Below, piece by piece: positions 55,522 to 63,875 of a stretch of 64,000 nt of DNA. Numbering within the stretch: position 1 is the first letter of the stretch; every line of letters begins with the position of its first letter. The DNA is from a virus. Below the pieces are notes generated by a model. It was not told the DNA's origin and did not search any database. It worked only from the letters and a program-made list of their open reading frames with translations. The position numbers and the translations under genes are program-made. The stretch is from positions 99,860 through 163,859 of IMG/VR virus record IMGVR_UViG_3300042090_002370. One strand, written 5' to 3'.

Positions 55522-55956
55522 ATGGGCTTCATCGCTGCCACGCTCAACGGGCTTGTTTATGAGCTGGCCAAGATCGCGGCCTTCGCCAACGCAATGCAGC
55601 CGCCAGCGAGTCCGCAGGCGACGCAGATGGGCCCTATGCCTGGGCCGCAGCGCGTTCCGAGTATCAACGAGGCCGCCGTCGGCAGCGCGAACTACAAGAT
55701 GTACCTGCCGACGGTGGTGGCGGACATGCAGGCCCGTGCAGCAACTCCTACTATTCGCCCCGGCATGGCCGTAACGCCCAAAACCATTCCGGCGGCCGCG
55801 GGGGCACTTCCCCGTGCTGTAAGCGGTACGGTGCCTAAGCCCACCAGTATCCTGGGTGCAGCCGCTCGCGCTACTGTACGAGAGCCCTCTTCGTTCCCAG
55901 TTTCTATCGCTAAGACCATCTCGGCCCCGGCTGCCCGCATGGCAGCGCATCTGTAG
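55522..55956 (+). CDS. Tagged Pro/Ala-rich protein
   Basis: GLVYELAKIAA; TACGCT 6 nt before ATG. Confidence 0.6.
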   Translation: MGFIAATLNGLVYELAKIAAFANAMQPPASPQATQMGPMPGPQRVPSINEAAVGSANYKMYLPTVVADMQARAATPTIRPGMAVTPKTIPAAAGALPRAVSGTVPKPTSILGAAARATVREPSSFPVSIAKTISAPAARMAAHL

Positions 55957-55964
55957 GAGCACAC

Positions 55965-56651
55965 ATGAATCTGGAAGTCGCGCAGGCTGCATTCAAGGAC
56001 GAGCTAGAGAAGATTTCCTTCGCCATTACGGAGAAGGGGCACAAGTTCGACGCGGAGAAGCACCGCATCTTGGCGGAGCAGAGCGCGGCTTTGGATGCAC
56101 TGTACCAGCAGTACGGCGGACTAAGCGCGCCCGGCGACCCTGCAACGTTTGGCGGCGTTCTCCGATTCGGCCCCGATCAGGAGGAGGGGGCACACCGTCA
56201 TCATGAGTACGTGCAGAAAATGCACGAGATGGGCGCCAATGCATGGAACCCATTAGGTGGCATTCTGACACCCAGTTCATATGAAGAAGGCGGAACAAGC
56301 GGGCTGTTTTCTCAGCTTGGTAGGGTCTCCCCTAAACCAGTGCAGAAGATCGCTGCTGTCCTCACCGCACAAACGCTCTCCTCCTTCTCCACAGAGATGC
56401 AGAAGATCGGTGGCTGCACGAAGCTTGCTGAAGAGCTCACATCAGAAGCCAGGTCGAAGCTCCCAGGCAAGGACTTCGCGGTCAAGGCCAAGAAGTCGAA
56501 CACGGGCCAAGAGGCTTACCCCATACCGGACCGCCAACATGCTCGATCAGCGCTGGGCTTCGCCAAGATGCACGGTGACTCCGCTGATCTCTCAGCAGTG
56601 CGGGCGAAGATCAAGTCGAAGTTCCCGGACATGCTCGCCGGCGAGAAGTAG
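55965..56651 (+). CDS. Tagged protein with C-terminal DUF6582-like domain
   Basis: AAFKDELEKIS; SSFSTEMQKIG; LTSEARSKLPGKDFA..YPIPDRQHARSAL. Confidence 0.7.
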   Translation: MNLEVAQAAFKDELEKISFAITEKGHKFDAEKHRILAEQSAALDALYQQYGGLSAPGDPATFGGVLRFGPDQEEGAHRHHEYVQKMHEMGANAWNPLGGILTPSSYEEGGTSGLFSQLGRVSPKPVQKIAAVLTAQTLSSFSTEMQKIGGCTKLAEELTSEARSKLPGKDFAVKAKKSNTGQEAYPIPDRQHARSALGFAKMHGDSADLSAVRAKIKSKFPDMLAGEK

Positions 56652-56656
56652 CAGTC

Positions 56657-57304
56657 ATGGGTCTTCTTCAACGTTTTGGACAAGGGGCGCTAGAGCATAA
56701 GACCGAACTTGCCGGTCTCGGCATTCTTGCGGCGCCTAGTGTCGATGAGGCGCAGGCGCACATCCGTGCTGGACTTGCTGGTGACTACAACCATGAAGGC
56801 GTGAAGAAGAGAACGCTGCTACCGAGCGCAGTGAAACCGGCTACTGAGATCGGTGGTCTCGGTGTTCTAGCGTTACCTTCAGCTGCACATCTGCTCTCCA
56901 AACACGCTGTGGCTGGCCTATTCGACGAGCTTGTAAAGCTCTCGGCGATTACCGACGACGAGGCTCGCCGCTCTCTTGATCGTTATGACCAGCTGCAGAA
57001 GTCTGCGCCTACTGCTGGTCAGGCGCTACGTTATGGCGCTCTGGGTGTTGGCGCAGGGTCATTGGGCAGCGCAGTAAAGAGCACCATCGAACATGGACGG
57101 CTGCCATCGGCACGTGGAGCACTGGGCAGTGCAGCGTCGAACGCTATTGTAGCTGGAGCACTGCCGTTCATTCGCAGCACACTAGACCGTTCTGCGGAGA
57201 AGAGGACGCTCAAAGGCTACCTAGCTCAGGAGCACGTTGGTAACTACGCGCCAAATCAAGGCGCCTCGACGGACGTCGGCACGCCAACGGGATTGAGTCG
57301 GTAG
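56657..57304 (+). CDS. Two-module glycine-zipper protein with internal tag
   Basis: GLFDELVKLSA between two hydrophobic modules. Confidence 0.65.
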   Translation: MGLLQRFGQGALEHKTELAGLGILAAPSVDEAQAHIRAGLAGDYNHEGVKKRTLLPSAVKPATEIGGLGVLALPSAAHLLSKHAVAGLFDELVKLSAITDDEARRSLDRYDQLQKSAPTAGQALRYGALGVGAGSLGSAVKSTIEHGRLPSARGALGSAASNAIVAGALPFIRSTLDRSAEKRTLKGYLAQEHVGNYAPNQGASTDVGTPTGLSR

Positions 57305-57387
57305 AACGACAATGCCTAAGTGGGTACATGACAGGTCGGCTAGGATTCGCGCCGCCAACCCTGACATGCCAGAAGGAGAAGGCGAAG

Positions 57388-58113
57388 ATGAGATACAAAA
57401 CACCTGGAGATGACCAGAAGACTGCAGAGGCCGAGCTCGAGTTCTTCTTTCTCAAGATTGCCGAGACCAACGTAGGACAGTGGTGGGAGAACGTTGGTGG
57501 TCCGCATCTAGCGAAAGGAGGGAGCCACGACGACTTCAAGAAGATGATGGACAAGGAGAAGCTACCTGAGCACATCAAAAAGAAGTTCATGGATGTCGCA
57601 AAGAAGAAGTATCCGCCTGGCCACAACATGGGGGAAGGAGCGAAGTGGGATGCTGCTCGGCAGAGGGGTGGTGTGGGAACGCGGCCATCTTGGGCGCACG
57701 CAGGACCACCTCGTTCCGGATTCATGGGGCATCTCGAGCGGCATCCGCATCTAGCTGGTGTTGGCGTCGCTGCCGGTCTAGTCGGTGCCGGCTACTTGGC
57801 AGATAAGTACAACATGCACAAAGCGGAAAAGAAAAAGAGCGAAGCGGCTAAGCAAACGCAGAAGGCGGCTGCATCAGTTGATGACGTAACATTACTGTCT
57901 TTTCTTGATGAGCTCGAGAACATCAAGGCAGCAGGACTGCTCGACTCAGTCAAAAAGGTTCTCACTACGCCCATCCCAGGAACGCCGGAGATTATGCCTG
58001 GTGTGACACATGCCGCTGAGAAGTTGAAGGGCCTCTCAGGCAACGTCAGCAAGCAGGGGCCTAGTAAGGCCTACGAGAAGTTCGTGGCACAGCGCGCTGC
58101 TGCAGGGCGCTGA
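57388..58113 (+). CDS. Tagged multi-module protein (start uncertain)
   Basis: QKTAE, FFLKIAE, SFLDELENIKAA; TM-like AGVGVAAGLVGAGYL. Confidence 0.6.
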   Translation: MRYKTPGDDQKTAEAELEFFFLKIAETNVGQWWENVGGPHLAKGGSHDDFKKMMDKEKLPEHIKKKFMDVAKKKYPPGHNMGEGAKWDAARQRGGVGTRPSWAHAGPPRSGFMGHLERHPHLAGVGVAAGLVGAGYLADKYNMHKAEKKKSEAAKQTQKAAASVDDVTLLSFLDELENIKAAGLLDSVKKVLTTPIPGTPEIMPGVTHAAEKLKGLSGNVSKQGPSKAYEKFVAQRAAAGR

Positions 58114-60275
58114 TGCGCACGTGGTGTACAACGGCCTTTGTCGATGAGCTCGAAAAGATCGCGCTCGTGTCGACGCCTCTACTGCCTCACCAGCAGCGTG
58201 TGGTGGACCGTCTGCAGCAGAAGGACCAGCCTGGCCTGGTCGCCATTCACGGTCTGGGTTCTGGCAAGACACTCACCTCCATTGCAGCGCAGGAGGCTCT
58301 TGGTATGCCCTCTCAGGTGGTGGCGCCAGCGTCACTCCTCGGCAACTACCGGAAGGAGCGAGCGAAGCATCTCGAGGGCGAGTCGCAGAAGGCCTCGCTC
58401 ACTTCAATGCAGAACATGGCGACCAAGGGCAAGTCGCCGGATGCCCCAATGCTCATCGTCGACGAAGCGCATCGAGCACGAGACCCATCGACAGCTACCT
58501 TTCAGACCCTCAAGGGCAACACGTCACAGAAGCGTTTACTCCTTAGTGGCAGCCCATTCTACAACCACCCGTCAGACATCGCGCCACTCATCGATCTCGC
58601 CGCCGACGCGAAGGTCCTGCCCTACGATAAGGACGAGTTCACCCGCCGGTACATCACAGAGAAGGTGGTGAAGCCTGAGATGTGGCAGCGCGTGGCGAAC
58701 ATCTTCAGAAGTCCAGAGAACAAAGTGCAGCCCGGCGTGGTGCCGATGCTCTATCAGAAGAAGGCCCCAGAACTGCGTGATGCCTTCGCCAAGTGGGTGG
58801 ACTACCACCCTGGTAGTACGGAGAACTTCCCTGAAGTCACGCACGAGAACGTAGAAGTTCCGATGTCTAAGGAGCAGCTCAAGGTCTACGACACCTTGAT
58901 GGACAAGGCTCCGGCATGGGTCGCCGCCAAAGTGAAACGCGGCCTACCTCCCAACAAGCGCGAGGCGCAGCAGCTCAACTCCTTCCTCACAGCTTCTCGA
59001 CAGGCCGCCAACAGCACCTCCCCGTTCATCGAGGAAGGGCGCACTCCGGAGGAGCCGAAGATCCAGGCGGCGTTCGAACGCATGCAGAAGACGCTGGGTG
59101 AGAACCCGCGGTCCAAGGGTGTCGTCTACTCGAACTACCTCAGCGCGGGCATCGATCCCTACAAGCGGCGTCTCCAGGAGGCAGGCATCCCCTTCGGCGA
59201 ATTCACCGGAGAGCTCCCCGCCAAGAAGCGCGACCAGCTGGTCAAGGATTATAACGAGAACAGAATTCGCGCGCTGCTGCTCTCCTCCGCCGGCGGTGAG
59301 GGCCTAGACCTCAAGGGTACGCGACTCATGCAGGTGCTCGACCCGCACTGGAACCAGGAGAAGCTGAAGCAGGTAGAGGGTCGCGGTGCGCGGTACATGA
59401 GCCACGCCGATCTGCCGCCCGAGGAACGCAACGTGCGCGTGGAGAACTATCTGTCGACGCGGCCTCAGGGTCTCCTCAGCAGGGGCATGAATGCACTCAC
59501 CGGTAGGAAGCCGGATCAGTCCGTCGACCAGTACCTTTCGCAGATGTCTAAGGGCAAAGAGGACCTCATCAACCAGTTCCGCGAGCTCCTGCCGCAGGAG
59601 CAGCCGCCTGCCAAGACCGCCGCGACCAGGCTTCCGACGACAGAGGAGTCCCGTGCGCTCGCGAGTTCATGGAAGCCTCGACTGGCTGCGGAGGCTGCCT
59701 TCACGTTGCCGATGGCGACGAACACTGCGGCCCTGGGCTCGCTCATCGGTCCGAAGTGGGCGCTCATCGGCGCTGGTCTAGGCGGCCTATTGGGGCATAC
59801 CGTCTCGAACATTGAGCTGTCTAACATGGTCTCACACGGTAAGCGAATGGCGCGGGAAGCGGCGAGGAAGCCTACCAAGGAGAACGCGTTGCGGGAGTCG
59901 GCGGACGGGCTGGATTGGGGCGAGGTCGCACGGTCGTCGGTGGGGCACGCGTTACCTATCGCGCTACCGGCGATGTTCCATGGAGGACAAACCCACTACG
60001 CGCTCACGGACAACCTGATGGGCGCCTCTATCGCGACCGGCGCGCTCGGAGCCATCGGTTCTGGCTACCTCGACAAGTACCGACGGCAGATTGCTATCAA
60101 CGAGCTCGAGAATGCACGTCAGGAAGTGGGGACAGCGGATGCCGCTAGGCTTCAACGCCTTCGTAGGCAGGTTGCCAACTTAGAGGACCAGGTCGAAGGG
60201 GGTTGGAACAAGACCGCACCTGAAGACAGGACGACGCAAACTAAGCAGAAGGACAAGAGCGGAAAGGACTGGTAG
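58113..60275 (+). CDS. SNF2-like SF2 helicase with N-terminal tag and C-terminal glycine-zipper module
   Basis: HGLGSGKT, VDEAH, LSGSP, AGGEGLDL, HWN, QVEGRGAR; begins TAFVDELEKIA. Confidence 0.9.
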   Translation: MRTWCTTAFVDELEKIALVSTPLLPHQQRVVDRLQQKDQPGLVAIHGLGSGKTLTSIAAQEALGMPSQVVAPASLLGNYRKERAKHLEGESQKASLTSMQNMATKGKSPDAPMLIVDEAHRARDPSTATFQTLKGNTSQKRLLLSGSPFYNHPSDIAPLIDLAADAKVLPYDKDEFTRRYITEKVVKPEMWQRVANIFRSPENKVQPGVVPMLYQKKAPELRDAFAKWVDYHPGSTENFPEVTHENVEVPMSKEQLKVYDTLMDKAPAWVAAKVKRGLPPNKREAQQLNSFLTASRQAANSTSPFIEEGRTPEEPKIQAAFERMQKTLGENPRSKGVVYSNYLSAGIDPYKRRLQEAGIPFGEFTGELPAKKRDQLVKDYNENRIRALLLSSAGGEGLDLKGTRLMQVLDPHWNQEKLKQVEGRGARYMSHADLPPEERNVRVENYLSTRPQGLLSRGMNALTGRKPDQSVDQYLSQMSKGKEDLINQFRELLPQEQPPAKTAATRLPTTEESRALASSWKPRLAAEAAFTLPMATNTAALGSLIGPKWALIGAGLGGLLGHTVSNIELSNMVSHGKRMAREAARKPTKENALRESADGLDWGEVARSSVGHALPIALPAMFHGGQTHYALTDNLMGASIATGALGAIGSGYLDKYRRQIAINELENARQEVGTADAARLQRLRRQVANLEDQVEGGWNKTAPEDRTTQTKQKDKSGKDW

Positions 60276-60281
60276 AACATT

Positions 60282-60542
60282 ATGAGATTGCTACTCGCGC
60301 TCAGCGCGGTGTTGTTCTTGGGCTGCGGTGCAGGGCTCAGCATCACGGATGTAGAGGCGGAGCAGGCGACGCAGACGTTGTCAGGTGGTGGTTACAAGGA
60401 GCACTTCGATGACGACAGCGGCCTCGACAAGATTCGCTACCAAGCGATTTACTGCGGCAGTACCGGTATTCTTCTGCGGTCTGGCCATCCGACTAGCAGT
60501 ACGTCTGACGCCGGCCCGCAATGCCCGACGGTGGCTCCATGA
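60282..60542 (+). CDS. Lipoprotein
   Basis: MRLLLALSAVLFLGC lipobox. Confidence 0.65.
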   Translation: MRLLLALSAVLFLGCGAGLSITDVEAEQATQTLSGGGYKEHFDDDSGLDKIRYQAIYCGSTGILLRSGHPTSSTSDAGPQCPTVAP

Positions 60543-60832
60543 CCTTCGATGAGCTGAAGGCGCAGCTAGCCACTGACTGCCCGTTTTGGGGGGAGTCGGA
60601 ATGGAACGCTTTTCTCACAGCTGATCCAGCTACGCAGCAGGCCTTGGCTACAGCCATGCACCTGTCTACAGAGGGCCTTGGTGTAAACGGGTGGCAAACC
60701 GCGCTGACCATCCTGCAGGAGGCCGCCCCTGCCTTCAGCCTCATCCCTGCAGTAGGCCCGTTCATCACCAGTGGCATCGAAGCCATCGACATGCTTGTAA
60801 ACTACCTCCGCCTGAAGGCGGAGGCTTTGTAG
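60539..60832 (+). CDS. Hypothetical protein with amphipathic C-terminus
   Basis: ATGA-coupled to the lipoprotein. Confidence 0.6.
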   Translation: MTFDELKAQLATDCPFWGESEWNAFLTADPATQQALATAMHLSTEGLGVNGWQTALTILQEAAPAFSLIPAVGPFITSGIEAIDMLVNYLRLKAEAL

Positions 60833-60867
60833 CTCACGCCACAAACTTTTGTGAAACTGTTCACACC

Positions 60868-62156
60868 GTAAACAACCCCGCCCTAAAGGGCGGAGCTTTG
60901 TGATTGAGCTTTTGAGACTCGAACCACTTTCCTGCTTCGACGAGGTGCCCTAAGGCGGCAAGAACTCTCCACAGGCTGAACCGATGGTTTCCAACGGCTT
61001 TTCAAAATCTTCGAGGCATTAATGTCGGCATGTTCCCGGTAACCGCAATGGACGCAGCAAAATACCTCTCCCTTGCGGGAAGCGGCGTCGATGCACCCAC
61101 AAGCCGAGCATGTTTGAGACGAGTAGGCGGGGTGGACTTCCGCCAACTGACCGCCCTCCCGCGTGAGCTTGTACTTGAGGAACTTGGCGAGCATTCCCCA
61201 ACCTTGGTCGAGGATACCTCGCGCAAGCCCCCGATTAGCCTTCACCATGTTGCCGATCTGGAGATTCTCGATCACGACGGTGCCGTGGCTCTTGGCGTAG
61301 TCGTGACTGAGCTGGTGACAGAAATGCTCCCGTTGCCTACGGACCTTCCGGTGAAGGTTGGCGCAGCGGAGCTTCGCTTTCTCTCGGTTTTGGGATCCTT
61401 TCTTCCTCCTAGAGACAGTACGTTGAGCACGCGCAAGCCTCTTGAGAGCCTTGCTGTAGAAGCGGGGGGATGGGACAAGCTTGCCGTCCGAGTCCGCGAT
61501 CACGTTCGTAACGCCTCGGTCGATAGCGACGATGGGCCCGACCTTTGGAGTCGGGTCGGCAACTTCAACCTCGCAGACAATCGAGGCGAACCACTGATCG
61601 CCGTCTCGCTTGAGGGTGCAAGTCTTGGGTCTGCCTTCGATGGGTCTGTGGATAACGGCTCTGAGGTTGCCGAGTTTGGGGAACCTCAAGAGGTTGCCGT
61701 CCAACCGCCAAGCTTTGGGATGTGGCTCGGTCAAGCCAAGGAAGTCTCGTCCTCGCTTCTTCCACCTAGGAGCCCGAGCCACCCGCTTGAAACAGCGTTG
61801 CCAAGCCTTGTCCAACTCGACGAGGAGCTGGGCACACACGTTTCGAGGAACATCGGCGAGCCAAGGAAGCTCTCTGCGAAGTTCGGTCAGTTCGTTGATC
61901 TGATCGAATGCGGACTGGAAGATTCTCTCGTCCCTAGGACGTGCAAGTCCCATCTGCCGCTGTTCAAGAGCAAGGTTCCAGAGGCACCGGAGAGCACTCT
62001 CCCACTGCCCGAACCGATCGACTTGAGCTTCGGTCGGGTAGACGCGATAGCGGAACGCCTTGCTCGTGACCACGGTACTACCATAGTACATCCCACAACC
62101 ATCTGGAGAGCGGTTCCTCCTCGGCCTGAAGGCCGAGGTTTCCCCGCTGAGATCCG
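60868..62156 (-). mobile_element. tnpB-only IS200/IS605-family element (IS1341-like)
   Basis: Subterminal hairpins CCTCGGCC-TTCA-GGCCGAGG (left) and CTCCGCCC-TTTA-GGGCGGGG..TTAC (right); no tnpA; exact ends inferred. Confidence 0.75.
60883..62091 (-). CDS. tnpB: RNA-guided endonuclease TnpB
   Basis: AFRYRVYPT HTH; RuvC AIDRGV, VIENL, HADINAS; CSACG..CVHCG Zn ribbon. Confidence 0.95.
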   Translation of the reverse strand: MYYGSTVVTSKAFRYRVYPTEAQVDRFGQWESALRCLWNLALEQRQMGLARPRDERIFQSAFDQINELTELRRELPWLADVPRNVCAQLLVELDKAWQRCFKRVARAPRWKKRGRDFLGLTEPHPKAWRLDGNLLRFPKLGNLRAVIHRPIEGRPKTCTLKRDGDQWFASIVCEVEVADPTPKVGPIVAIDRGVTNVIADSDGKLVPSPRFYSKALKRLARAQRTVSRRKKGSQNREKAKLRCANLHRKVRRQREHFCHQLSHDYAKSHGTVVIENLQIGNMVKANRGLARGILDQGWGMLAKFLKYKLTREGGQLAEVHPAYSSQTCSACGCIDAASRKGEVFCCVHCGYREHADINASKILKSRWKPSVQPVESSCRLRAPRRSRKVVRVSKAQSQSSAL

Positions 62157-63446
62157 ATGAACAAGGAATCCATCTTCCCGGAGCTGGCCCGACTAGGCTC
62201 GCATATCATGGGGCGTGCTCCTGAAGCCACTGCGGCCACAGAGGGGGCCGTGCGTGGTGCGATGGGGCAGCTACAGAACGGTGCGAAGAGGGTATTGAAC
62301 ACACCCATTCCGGGCACGCCTGAAGTCATACCTGCGGGCATCCGCTGGCACCTTCGCAAAGGGGTCGACAAGGTTATCGAGAACCCGGCGTTGGCGCTCG
62401 GTACAGTGACCCCTGTACCGTTTGGTGGGCCTCTTCTCATGGGGGCGCAGCGGGCTGTCGAGAGCGGTATCAACCGACTCGTACCGCCCAAGCTGGCCTT
62501 CGCCGTCTCGCAGTACTCGGGGGCGCTCAACCCCGTCATCGAGAGCGGCGCGAGCTATTTGCCGCAGCGAAAAGTTCCACGGCTTGATGTCGCGGTGGAC
62601 AAGGGCAATCTGCTCAAGGAGAAGGACAGCGACGCGCTCCCAGAAGGCATCGCGATGCAGCCTTGGGACAGTTTCAAGCGCTCGAAGTACGCCTTCATGG
62701 ATGAGTCGAATCCGTATCTGCGTAAGGCGGTGATAGGAGCTCTCGGTGGGGCGTTGGTCGGCGGTCTTGGTGGTGTTGGTCATGAGGCCATCTGGAAGAC
62801 GCCGATGAAGCCTATGTCGATTCACACGGAGGCGCAGGACAATGCCGGTGTTGATACAAGGTATGAGGGTGCTGACGTGGGCTCGTTGAAGCCTATACCT
62901 GAGGGCAGCTCGCCGATAGGCAGCAAACACTACACGTCACCGCGGGAGCTGGCGGTTGGTCGACTGGCCTCAACGCAAAACGCCGGTAAGAAAGTAAAGC
63001 CCCCGCCTGGTGTTAGGGAGATTGTCGAATCGGGTAGGCATCGGACAGTCACTGTAGACCGCCCAGAACTCGATGTCGCTGGGCGCATTTCGCCGCTCAG
63101 CTTCCACCATGACAGGCGCGCCATGTCGAGGGAACAAGCCATCGAATTCGCGCAGCGCGAAGCGCGCACACCAGGCAAGTACGCCATGCCGACGGAGAAG
63201 ATGGCCGAGTTCGTGGAGGGCCTGTTGAAGGAGGCCATCCCCGGCCTCACTCCTCAGAGCCGGTTGGAGCAGAGCGCAAGGATAGGGGCGCCCAAAGCTA
63301 CACCGCCACCAGGCCCATCGATTGCGGATATTGCGAAGCCCAAGGGAAGCGCGTTCGGTACGGCTATCGCCGGTGCGAACAAGGGTACGATTGGCGGTAC
63401 CAGTGTTGGTGGTATCGGCAATATGAAAAGCCTGCCGTCGTTGTAG
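62157..63446 (+). CDS. K-x-A multi-module protein with glycine zipper
   Basis: PKLAF, SKYAF, EKMAEFVEGLLKEA; GALGGALVGGLGG. Confidence 0.7.
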   Translation: MNKESIFPELARLGSHIMGRAPEATAATEGAVRGAMGQLQNGAKRVLNTPIPGTPEVIPAGIRWHLRKGVDKVIENPALALGTVTPVPFGGPLLMGAQRAVESGINRLVPPKLAFAVSQYSGALNPVIESGASYLPQRKVPRLDVAVDKGNLLKEKDSDALPEGIAMQPWDSFKRSKYAFMDESNPYLRKAVIGALGGALVGGLGGVGHEAIWKTPMKPMSIHTEAQDNAGVDTRYEGADVGSLKPIPEGSSPIGSKHYTSPRELAVGRLASTQNAGKKVKPPPGVREIVESGRHRTVTVDRPELDVAGRISPLSFHHDRRAMSREQAIEFAQREARTPGKYAMPTEKMAEFVEGLLKEAIPGLTPQSRLEQSARIGAPKATPPPGPSIADIAKPKGSAFGTAIAGANKGTIGGTSVGGIGNMKSLPSL

Positions 63447-63448
63447 TC

Positions 63449-63475
63449 ACAAGAACCTGTAAAAAGGGGGATAAG
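63449..63475 (+). promoter_or_regulatory. Phage promoter ACAA-N15-GGGATAAG
   Basis: Motif variant. Confidence 0.65.
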
Positions 63476-63515
63476 AACCTTGAGGAGTCACATCATCCTC
63501 AGAGGAGAATCGCCT

Positions 63516-63875
63516 ATGGAATTCAACATCGAAGACCTCACCATCAAGCAGATATGGGAGATCTCGCGCCTGGCCGGCTGCCGCGTGCGATCCAAGAAGA
63601 AGCCTCTCGTCGAGCTGCCCTTCAAGGCAGGCGACGCCATCATCGTCCGCACCGTGACGCTCATCGATCTCGGTAGGGTCGTGGCCATCGGCAGCGACTT
63701 CATCACCCTCACCGACGGGGGCTGGGTGGCCAGCACGGGGCGCTTTGGCGAAATGTTGAAGACGGGCAAGATCAACGAGTTCGAGAGGATCGATCTCCCT
63801 TGGTTCCTCGTTGGTCGCGGAGCGATCTGCGACCTGGCGCCGTGGCCTTTCGACATCCCCAAGGTCACGCTGTGA
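63516..63875 (+). CDS. Small beta protein related to 54767 (DUF6948-like)
   Basis: ATG after AGGAG; IEDLTIKQIWEI matches LNSLTLGQLKEI; IIVRTVT..GRV. Confidence 0.7.
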   Translation: MEFNIEDLTIKQIWEISRLAGCRVRSKKKPLVELPFKAGDAIIVRTVTLIDLGRVVAIGSDFITLTDGGWVASTGRFGEMLKTGKINEFERIDLPWFLVGRGAICDLAPWPFDIPKVTL

